64,000 bases of DNA from Acidobacteriota bacterium (GTDB taxonomy: Bacteria > Acidobacteriota > UBA6911 > RPQK01 > JAJDTT01): the NCBI GenBank assembly GCA_965209055.1, contig OZ242374.1:3456001-3520000 (forward strand), read 5' to 3'. Position numbers and translations under genes: made by a program. Numbering within the stretch: position 1 is the first letter of the stretch; every line of letters begins with the position of its first letter. This document shows positions 56,691-64,000 of this stretch, piece after piece. A model generated the notes under the pieces. It saw nothing but the letters and a program-made list of their open reading frames with translations. It was not told the origin of the DNA and made no database searches.

Positions 56691-59600
56691 TCAGAACGAA
56701 TACTTGAGCGCCACCTGGACCTGCCGGGCCGGCGAGGCTTCGCCCAGTGCGCCGAAGTCGGCCGTGCCGAACTGGTTGACCCGGGCCTTCCGCCGCAAGA
56801 CGAAGTTGGCGCGGTTGGCGGCGTTGAACATCTGCAGGCGCAATTCCAGATTCTGGCCTTCGCTCAGGCGGAACGTGCGCCGGAGCGAGAGGTCCACGTT
56901 GGCCAGGCCGGGTCCCTCCACGGTGGTCCGGCCCGCGTTGCCATAGCGGAAGCCGTCGGGACGCACAAAGGCCTCCGTGTCGAACCACCGGCTCGGCGTG
57001 CGCTGGTCCGGGGCCAGGTTCGGATTCCCGATCCGGTCCGGCCACTGGGAGAACTCGGATCCCACATCCAAGGAATCGCCCGGGAGATAGACGGTGAACC
57101 AGGGACCGTCCTGGAAACTGGAAATGACCTGCATGGACCACCCGCCCAGAACCGCACCCAGAGGCCCGGTCTGGAGGTAGGGCTTGCCCCGGCCGAAGGG
57201 GGGTTCGTAACTCGTTGTAATGACCAGCCGGCGCCGGAGGTGGAGTTCCGAGAGTCCGCGGTTGTGGTGCAGCGGCAGGTTCCGGCTCCTGAAATAGCGC
57301 CGTTCGTACGATCCTTCCCAGCCCCCGCCGTTGTTGATCTGGCTGGACCAGGTGAAGGAGCCGCTCAGGTGCAGTCCCTCCGCTCCGGGCCGCCTCTCCA
57401 AACGAAACTGCATGCCATGGTACCTGGAGTCGGCGTCGGCCATGGGGATGTGGACAGCCTGCAGCCCGGGGAAGGGGCGGCGGGCCTGCCGGTCGCCGGT
57501 TCCCGGCCGAGCATCGTTGAGAGACACGGTATCCAACTGGTTCGCCGTATGGGAGCCCAGATATCCCGCCTCCAGCATCAGGAGAGGGGAGAACTTCTGC
57601 TGCAGCGAGAGGCCCCAGACGTGGGTCGAGGAGAGCGGGAGCGGACTCTCCACTCCGAAAATGGTGGGTACGGCCGACCGGGACAAGGCCGCCGGAAAGG
57701 GGTCGGACAGGCTCAGGACGGGAGTCTCCAGGGGAGCGTTGAAGGTGGAGCGGATGGCGCCCTCCCGCGGAGTCCGGGTCAGCCGGTAGAGCATCCCGGT
57801 GTCCAACTCGTTGGCATAGATGCCGTATCCAGCCCGCACCACGGAGTTGGTTCCCACCCTCCAGGCCAGTCCGGAGCGGGGCAGGAAACCCTCGCTCCAT
57901 CTCCAGCTCACCAGGGGAATCCCGGCCGGATAGCGGCCCGTTTCACCCGGCTTCAGGTCGAGGTCCACGGGCGGCGCCGCAATGGCGCCCCGATGGGGAT
58001 CGAAATTGGATACGAAGCCCCGCTTGTCCTTCCAGGGGAATCTCCCCTCGTAGCGCAGCCCCAGGGTCAGGGTCAGCGTCGGGCTCAGCTTCCAGTCGTC
58101 CTGGAGGAACAGGTAAAGGCTGTTCTGGTGCAGGTTGGCCCGGTAGGACTCGCCCCCCAGAGACGTTCGGGCCGGATAGCCGAGAAGGAAGTCTCCCAGC
58201 GCGTGTCCGGTATAGCGGTCGAAGAAGTAGAACCGGGAGCGGGCCTCCATGTTGATGAACATGTAGTGTTGGCGCAACTCGGCCCCGGTCTTCAGCGAGT
58301 GGTCGCCCCGCTGGAAAGAAATCTGTTCCTTGATCTGCCAGTTCCCGGTGATGGAGTCGCCCTGAAGCTGGATGTCACCGAGATTGGTGTAGCCCTGGAC
58401 CTCCACGATGGGAATTCCCATTCGATCCACGACGTTGTCTTGGAGCTGGCGGATCCCCAGCGCCGCCGAGGCCTCCGGTTTGGGATTGGAAGGCGCCGCG
58501 TAGTAGGGCCTGCGTGTCCAGTGGATGCTGGCCACGTTGGTGAGGCCGCTCGCCAGGGTCCTCGTGTTGGTGATGCTCTGTCCGTAGGCGCGGAGAGGCT
58601 GGATGGCGGAAAATGCAGAGATCGCGCGCACGGTGACGTAGGGTCCTGAATTCCAGACGAAGCGCCCCGACCAGCGGCTCTGTTCCGAATCCTTGAAATC
58701 GATCCGCGTAATGAACTGCGGGTTGTCATACGGGGCGAAGGAGTCGGGGCTGGTGAAATTGAGCGCGCGCGGCGTGTTTGGCCGGGGAAAGAAGGCCAAC
58801 AGCCGGGTCGCCACCGGATTGATCCTTTCCGGAGGAATGGCGTTGTTGGGGAAGAGGTTTCCGGTAGCCGGATCCCTCAACGGCCTGGAGAAACGGCCCT
58901 CCCTCTGTTCGAGGGTGGGGACGACTCCGGTCAGCGGCCGAATCTCCCGGATCGACTCGAGCTGGTACGAGACGAAGAACCAAGCCCGGTCCCGCCCGTC
59001 CATCAGGTGGGGAATCCGGATCGGCCCCCCCAGGGTGGCGCCCACCTGATTGCGCTTGTACTCCTGCTTCTCGTGCTCGAAGAAGTTGCGGGCGTCCAGG
59101 TTGTCGTTGCGGTGAAACCAGAACAGGTTGCCGTGATAGTCGTTGCCGCCGCTGCGGGTGACCGCCACGATCTGTCCGCCGGGGCGGATTCCGTACTCGG
59201 CCCCGTAGAGGCCCGTCTTGACCTCGAACTCCTGCAGGGCGTCGGTGCTGGGCTTGAAGTTGGAAAAACGGGGAAACAGAGACCCGTCCACGTAGGTGAC
59301 ATTGTCCCGTTGCCGCATGCCCTGGACCCGGATGTTCCCCATGGCGCTCCCGGTGGTGCTGGTGCTGCTGGCCGGCGCGGTCCCTGGAGCCAGGGTTGCC
59401 AACTTGGTGAAGTCGCGATCGTTCAGGGGCATGTCTTCCAGCTTCTTGCGGCCGATGACCTCTCCCAACTCCGCGTTTTCCGACTCCAACTGGAGAGCCT
59501 GCGCCAAGGTTCGGCGGACTTCCGCCGAGTCCCCGGACAACAGATGGAAGTCCTGGCGAACCGTCTGCCCTATCTGGAGCAGGACTCCGGTGCGAACCTC

Positions 59601-59882
59601 CGTCTGGTAGCCGGCCAAACTCACGTGGATCTCGTATTCGCCGACGGGGACCCCGTCCAGACGGTAGTTGCCGTTCGCCGCGCTCAAGGCCACGAAGACC
59701 TCGTTGGTCTGGATCCGGGTCAGGGTCAGCTCCGCGCCGCTCAGAATTTCGTTCTGACCGTCCCGGACGGTTCCCAGAAGTGTCCCCGTGCCGGTTTGTG
59801 CCATGGGGAGAGTTCCGGTCAGGAACAGGAGTCCCACAGCCAGTACCAGAATGGAGAAAAGAGAGCGCGGCGGCGTGTGCAT
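56691..59882 (-). CDS. TonB-dependent receptor, Oar-like
   Basis: Start MHTPP; carboxypeptidase-like N-domain, PLN.R.F..L..LAPG, RSGGN.YHG..F.FHRN..LDARNFF, QDDWK, terminal ALKYSF. Confidence 0.92.
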   Translation of the reverse strand: MHTPPRSLFSILVLAVGLLFLTGTLPMAQTGTGTLLGTVRDGQNEILSGAELTLTRIQTNEVFVALSAANGNYRLDGVPVGEYEIHVSLAGYQTEVRTGVLLQIGQTVRQDFHLLSGDSAEVRRTLAQALQLESENAELGEVIGRKKLEDMPLNDRDFTKLATLAPGTAPASSTSTTGSAMGNIRVQGMRQRDNVTYVDGSLFPRFSNFKPSTDALQEFEVKTGLYGAEYGIRPGGQIVAVTRSGGNDYHGNLFWFHRNDNLDARNFFEHEKQEYKRNQVGATLGGPIRIPHLMDGRDRAWFFVSYQLESIREIRPLTGVVPTLEQREGRFSRPLRDPATGNLFPNNAIPPERINPVATRLLAFFPRPNTPRALNFTSPDSFAPYDNPQFITRIDFKDSEQSRWSGRFVWNSGPYVTVRAISAFSAIQPLRAYGQSITNTRTLASGLTNVASIHWTRRPYYAAPSNPKPEASAALGIRQLQDNVVDRMGIPIVEVQGYTNLGDIQLQGDSITGNWQIKEQISFQRGDHSLKTGAELRQHYMFINMEARSRFYFFDRYTGHALGDFLLGYPARTSLGGESYRANLHQNSLYLFLQDDWKLSPTLTLTLGLRYEGRFPWKDKRGFVSNFDPHRGAIAAPPVDLDLKPGETGRYPAGIPLVSWRWSEGFLPRSGLAWRVGTNSVVRAGYGIYANELDTGMLYRLTRTPREGAIRSTFNAPLETPVLSLSDPFPAALSRSAVPTIFGVESPLPLSSTHVWGLSLQQKFSPLLMLEAGYLGSHTANQLDTVSLNDARPGTGDRQARRPFPGLQAVHIPMADADSRYHGMQFRLERRPGAEGLHLSGSFTWSSQINNGGGWEGSYERRYFRSRNLPLHHNRGLSELHLRRRLVITTSYEPPFGRGKPYLQTGPLGAVLGGWSMQVISSFQDGPWFTVYLPGDSLDVGSEFSQWPDRIGNPNLAPDQRTPSRWFDTEAFVRPDGFRYGNAGRTTVEGPGLANVDLSLRRTFRLSEGQNLELRLQMFNAANRANFVLRRKARVNQFGTADFGALGEASPARQVQVALKYSF

Positions 59883-59935
59883 CGTCGGTGCCCAGTGGGG
59901 TTCAGAATAGCACGAAACCCCCGGCGCCACGGTCT

Positions 59936-59959
59936 GGGGGCGGCGGTTTCCAACCGCCG
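59936..59959. repeat. REP-like palindrome
   Basis: GGGGGCGGCGGTTTCCAACCGCCG, nearly identical to the 3666-3690 copy. Confidence 0.7.
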
Positions 59960-60117
59960 AAATCCTGATGGAGCGCGGAAGCAAGAGATCCTGGGGGAGA
60001 TTGGGGCACAGGCGTCTGGAAGTCACCCCTCGCGATTGGACAAAGCAGAGCCCCAAAAAGGGATGTCCCTTGGAATAAACAAAGTCAGATCGTTGCTTGG
60101 CCGGTACAATGTCTCCC

Positions 60118-60336
60118 ATGAAGTCGATCGTCACGTTTCGGATCGGGACTGAGCTAAAACGCGCACTGGACGAAGTGTGTGACAGACTGGATAGGACCCG
60201 GAGCGACGTTGTGCGAGATGCGTTAAGGAGGCACCTTAGCTTGACGCGGTTCGAATATACTCGGTGCCAGATCCGTCCATTCGCGGAATCTCGAGGTTAT
60301 TTGACCGATCAAGACGTTTTTCGGGACGTTTCATGA
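60118..60336 (+). CDS. Ribbon-helix-helix (CopG-like) protein, orphan antitoxin-like
   Basis: VTFRI..ELKRALD......RTRSDVVRDALRR; C-terminus PFAE.RG.LTD.DVF..VS resembles RHH antitoxins found before PIN toxins. Confidence 0.75.
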   Translation: MKSIVTFRIGTELKRALDEVCDRLDRTRSDVVRDALRRHLSLTRFEYTRCQIRPFAESRGYLTDQDVFRDVS

Positions 60337-60409
60337 GTGCCGCTCCCTCTACGGGCGCCAGTGTGACTTCCTGGTTCGGATAAATTCTTTTTTGAGGAGC
60401 CTCCCCAAA

Positions 60410-61141
60410 ATGAGCATTCGTCATCGAATCGGATTGATGGTCCCCTCCACCAACACCACCTGCGAGGGGGACTACCAACTGGTGGCGCCCAAATCCATGA
60501 CGGTTCACGGCCAGCGGCTGTGGCTGACCAACGACTCCATGGGCGAAGAAGGCATGGAGAGGATGAACACGGACATCGAGAGCGGCGCCCGCTACCTGTC
60601 CACGGCCCGGGTGGATGCCATCGTCTACGCTTGCACAACCGGCAGCTTCTTCAAGGGCGCCGGCTGGGATCGGGACATGCTCGACCTCATCGAGCGAACG
60701 GCGAAGGTTCCCGCCATCGGCACCAGTCCTGCGGTGGTCGAGGCGCTGCGCTTCATGGGCGCCCGCAAGATCTCCGTGGCCACCCCCTATCCGGATTGGA
60801 GCAACCGTAGACTCCGCACCTACCTGGAGACCGCCGGCTTCACCGTCCTCAACGTGGAGGGCGAGCCGGTGGCGGTGGGCGCCGGCCAGCAGGGGATCAA
60901 CGATCAGGATCCGGAATCGGTGGTGAGGTTCGCCTCCCAGGCCTGCCGGCCCGAGGCCGATCTGCTCTTCTGCTCCTGCACGGCCTGGCGGTCGCTGGAG
61001 GTGGTGGAGGAGCTGGAGCGGATCACGGGCCGTCCCGTCCTGACCTCCAACCAGTCCACGATCTGGGCCAGCTTCCGGAAGCTGGGACTGACCGGCCCCA
61101 TCGAAGGGTACGGCAGTCTGCTTCGGCGGATGGATCACTGA
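60410..61141 (+). CDS. Maleate isomerase/arylmalonate decarboxylase (Asp/Glu racemase superfamily) protein
   Basis: RIGLMVPSTNTT.E, YACTTGS, ATPY, SCTA, PVLTSNQ; two catalytic-type Cys; RBS GAGGAG. Confidence 0.88.
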   Translation: MSIRHRIGLMVPSTNTTCEGDYQLVAPKSMTVHGQRLWLTNDSMGEEGMERMNTDIESGARYLSTARVDAIVYACTTGSFFKGAGWDRDMLDLIERTAKVPAIGTSPAVVEALRFMGARKISVATPYPDWSNRRLRTYLETAGFTVLNVEGEPVAVGAGQQGINDQDPESVVRFASQACRPEADLLFCSCTAWRSLEVVEELERITGRPVLTSNQSTIWASFRKLGLTGPIEGYGSLLRRMDH

Positions 61142-61220
61142 ACCGGTCGTTCGCCCGGACCGCCTAAGCCCTTCTCGGGCCGGTGTTCCGCTCCGGACCA
61201 TTCGGTATATCCTGGGACCC

Positions 61221-62342
61221 ATGAGAATCGATGCCATCGAAGTGGTCCACGTGGCCATGCCGCTCATCTATCCCTGGCGGACCGCCTACGGAGAAGATGC
61301 GTCCGTTCAGTCGGTCCTGGTCCGGATGGAGTCGCAGGGGCTGACGGCCTGGAGCGAGGCGGCTCCACTGGCCGCTCCCCAATACCTGCCGGAATGGGCG
61401 GGAGGCGTCTTCGCCTGCATCCGGGACTGGTTGGCGCCGATCCTGGTGGGACAGGAGATCGCCAGCGGGGAGGAACTTCAGGGCCGGCTTGCCTTCGTCA
61501 AGGGAAACTCGTTTGCCAAGGGCGGCCTGGACAGTGCCTGGTGGGTGCTGGAGGCCATGCGCCGGGGAGTACCGCTCTACCGGCTCCTGGGAGGACGGCG
61601 GTCGCAGGTCGACGTGGGAGCCGACTTCGGGATCATGGACTCGGTGGACGATCTGTTGGTTGCCATCGACGGGGCTGTGGAGGCGGGTTTCAAGCGCACC
61701 AAGCTCAAGTACGGGCCGGGATGGGATCTGCCCATGTTGAAAGTGGTCAGGAAGAACTTCCCCGACCACACCTTCCACATCGACTGCAACAGCGGCTACC
61801 GGCTCTCGGACCTGGAGATGTTCCGGGAGATCGACCAGTTGGGCCTGGCCATGATCGAGCAGCCGCTGCAGTACAACGACCTGGCGGACCACGCCCGGCT
61901 CCAGGAGGAGCTGCAGACGCCCGTCTGCCTAGATGAGAGCGTGACCTCCCCCGACAAGGCCCGGAAGGCCATCGAAATGGGAAGTTGCCGGATCGTCAAC
62001 ATCAAGACCTGCCGGGTCGGAGGACTGACGCCGGCCCTGGAAATCCACAACCGGTGCCAAGAGGCAGGGATCCCCTGCTGGATCGGGTCCATGTTGGAGA
62101 GCGCCGTGGGCGTGCGGGTCAATCTGGCCCTGTCCACGTTGGAGAACTTCACCTACCCCGCCGACCTTTTTCCCACCAGCCGTTTCTACCGGAAGGACCT
62201 GGGCCGTCCCGAAGTGTTCCTGGATCAGAGGCCTTCAGGCGAACCGGTCATGAGCCTGTCGGAGGAGCCGGGCCACGGAACCGAGCCGGACCCGGCCATG
62301 CTGGAGGAATGTACGGTCGCCCGCGCGACGATCACGGCGTGA
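61221..62342 (+). CDS. menC: o-succinylbenzoate synthase / N-acylamino acid racemase (enolase superfamily, OSBS/NSAR subfamily)
   Basis: KLK, IDCN, IEQP, LDES, NIK..RVGG, GSMLES motifs. Confidence 0.85.
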   Translation: MRIDAIEVVHVAMPLIYPWRTAYGEDASVQSVLVRMESQGLTAWSEAAPLAAPQYLPEWAGGVFACIRDWLAPILVGQEIASGEELQGRLAFVKGNSFAKGGLDSAWWVLEAMRRGVPLYRLLGGRRSQVDVGADFGIMDSVDDLLVAIDGAVEAGFKRTKLKYGPGWDLPMLKVVRKNFPDHTFHIDCNSGYRLSDLEMFREIDQLGLAMIEQPLQYNDLADHARLQEELQTPVCLDESVTSPDKARKAIEMGSCRIVNIKTCRVGGLTPALEIHNRCQEAGIPCWIGSMLESAVGVRVNLALSTLENFTYPADLFPTSRFYRKDLGRPEVFLDQRPSGEPVMSLSEEPGHGTEPDPAMLEECTVARATITA

Positions 62343-62352
62343 CGCCGGACCG

Positions 62353-62375
62353 GGAGCGGCGGCTTCCAGCCGCCG
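62353..62375. repeat. REP-like palindrome between convergent genes
   Basis: GGAGCGGCGGCTTCCAGCCGCCG. Confidence 0.7.
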
Positions 62376-62383
62376 ACTCTCAA

Positions 62384-64000
62384 TTACGGAAGCGCAAACG
62401 CCACGAGCTTGCCGCCGAAGACCTTGTTGTACTTGTTTCCCCCGCCGGCCGCGATGACGATGAACTGCTTGCCGGTCTTGGGTCCCAGATAGGTCATGGG
62501 AGTGGCGTGGCCGCTGGCCGGCAGCCGCCGGACCCAGACCTCTTCGCCCGATTTCTTGTCGAAGGCTCGGATGCGGCTGTCGTTGGTGGCCGCGATGAAG
62601 ACCAGCCCGCCGGCCGTCACAATGGGGCCGCCCAGGTTGGGGGCCCCGGTCTTGGGGATCCCGCGGCGCGTCAGTTCGTCGATCTCGCCCAGGATGGACT
62701 GCCAGCGGAACTCGCCCGTGTTGAGGTCGATGGCGGTCAGCGAGCCCCACGGCGGCTTCTGGCAGGGGTACTGGTTGGAATCCCAGAAGCGTCCATACTT
62801 GGTGCCCCGGGCCCGGAAAGGGACCTTGGATCCCTCGGGCCGCTCCACCATCCGGACGAAAGCGCCCACGTCCATGGAGTTGATGTAGAGCACGTGGGAC
62901 TCGGGGTCGAACGCCGCCCCGCCCCAATTGGATCCGCCGTTGGTCCCCGGGAACATGACGGTCAGCCTGCGGCCGATGGGCCGGAACAGCGGGCCCTCCA
63001 CATAGGCGTCCTTGACCATTTCCAGGCACTCGGCTCGGGACTCCGGTGTGACGTTGGTGATCTCGTCCCGGGTCATTGCCTGGCGGACGAAGGGCGGCGG
63101 CTTGACGGGAATCGGCTGGGTCGGGGAGTAGTACTCGCCGGGGATGTCCCCCTGCGGCACCGGCCGTTCCTCGACTTCGAAGAGCGGTTCTCCCGTCTCT
63201 CGATGGAGCAGGAAGACGAACCCGGTCTTGGTGGTCTGGGCCACCGCCGGAACCGCCTTGCCGTTGCGGCGCACGGTGACCAGGGAGGGCTGCGAAGGCA
63301 GGTCCCAGTCCCAAAGGTCGTGGTGGATGGTCTGGAAGTGCCAGACGCGTTTCCCGGTTCTGCAGTCCAGGGCCACGATGGCGTCGCTGAAAAGGTTGTC
63401 CCCTCTGCGGTCCCCTCCATAGAAGTCGGTGCCGGGAGAGGTCAGGGGAACGAAGACCATCCGGCGCTCCTCGTCCACGCTCAGGTTGGACCAGGCGTTG
63501 ACGCCCGACCGGTCCTTCCATGAGTCTCCCTCCCAGGTGTCGTGTCCGAATTCCCCCGGACGGGGAACGGTGTGGAAGCGCCAGACCCTCCGCCCGGTCC
63601 GGGCGTCGACGGCCTGGATGTCGCCGCTCGGCCCCTGGGGTTCGCCGTCGGTGACCCAACTGCCGGCCACCACCACGTCGCCGCAGGGAGCCACCGGCGA
63701 GCCCAATCCCCACCGGAGATGACCGTAGTCCCCCATCATCCCGTTCTTCAGGTCCACCATCCCCGAGGTCCCGAATTCCGGGTCGACTTTCCCGGTGGCC
63801 GCGTCCACCGAAAAGAGGCGGCCCAACTGGTCCCCCAGAAAGATCCGTTTGGCCTTCCCGTCGGTCCAATAGGCGACACCGCGGCTCTTGTACATGTTCA
63901 CCCGCTCGCTGCGGTCGAACTTGGGATCGAACTCCCAGAGCTTCTTGCCCGTGTCCGGATCAAGCGCCAGGAGGCGGTGAAAGACGGTGGAGACGTAGAG
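62384..64000 (-). CDS. PQQ-dependent (quinoprotein glucose-type) dehydrogenase, 5' partial
   Basis: RGVAYW, HHDLWDWD, GGSNWGGAAFDP, PPWG, GGP.VTAGGL, ATPMTY, AFALP; frame is open to the window end. Confidence 0.92.
   Translation of the reverse strand, partial: LYVSTVFHRLLALDPDTGKKLWEFDPKFDRSERVNMYKSRGVAYWTDGKAKRIFLGDQLGRLFSVDAATGKVDPEFGTSGMVDLKNGMMGDYGHLRWGLGSPVAPCGDVVVAGSWVTDGEPQGPSGDIQAVDARTGRRVWRFHTVPRPGEFGHDTWEGDSWKDRSGVNAWSNLSVDEERRMVFVPLTSPGTDFYGGDRRGDNLFSDAIVALDCRTGKRVWHFQTIHHDLWDWDLPSQPSLVTVRRNGKAVPAVAQTTKTGFVFLLHRETGEPLFEVEERPVPQGDIPGEYYSPTQPIPVKPPPFVRQAMTRDEITNVTPESRAECLEMVKDAYVEGPLFRPIGRRLTVMFPGTNGGSNWGGAAFDPESHVLYINSMDVGAFVRMVERPEGSKVPFRARGTKYGRFWDSNQYPCQKPPWGSLTAIDLNTGEFRWQSILGEIDELTRRGIPKTGAPNLGGPIVTAGGLVFIAATNDSRIRAFDKKSGEEVWVRRLPASGHATPMTYLGPKTGKQFIVIAAGGGNKYNKVFGGKLVAFALP

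Overview
High-GC (about 65% by eye) bacterial chromosomal window, most consistent with an Acidobacteriota/Planctomycetota-like heterotroph (inference from the Oar-type TonB-dependent receptors, PSCyt/DUF1549-DUF1553 + DUF1501 pairs, PQQ-type beta-propellers and sulfatase). It encodes about 45 proteins, mostly uptake and catabolism: 3 TonB-dependent receptors, 2 sodium:solute symporters, MacAB-type and exporter-type ABC systems, CocE hydrolase, GH109, arylsulfatase, amidohydrolase + Rieske, fhs, SDR, racemase-type enzymes and a partial PQQ dehydrogenase, plus tyrS. Short lower-GC accessory inserts lie between them: an HTH + small membrane gene pair, an ABC-ATPase + TOPRIM-like pair, a tandem P-loop/STAND-like ATPase pair and toxin-antitoxin debris. 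I recognised no rRNA, tRNA, CRISPR array or intact transposase. The most unusual locus is 32.83-33.86 kb (minus strand). There an orphan secreted 256-aa protein with an AT-richer, eukaryote-like Cys mini-domain is followed by two mini-ORFs absent from the ORF track. Each has its own ribosome-binding site and re-encodes a diverged copy of part of the parent's C-terminus. A REP-like palindrome family and repeated leaderless-promoter architecture are also visible. All product calls come from motif recognition by eye, not database searches.
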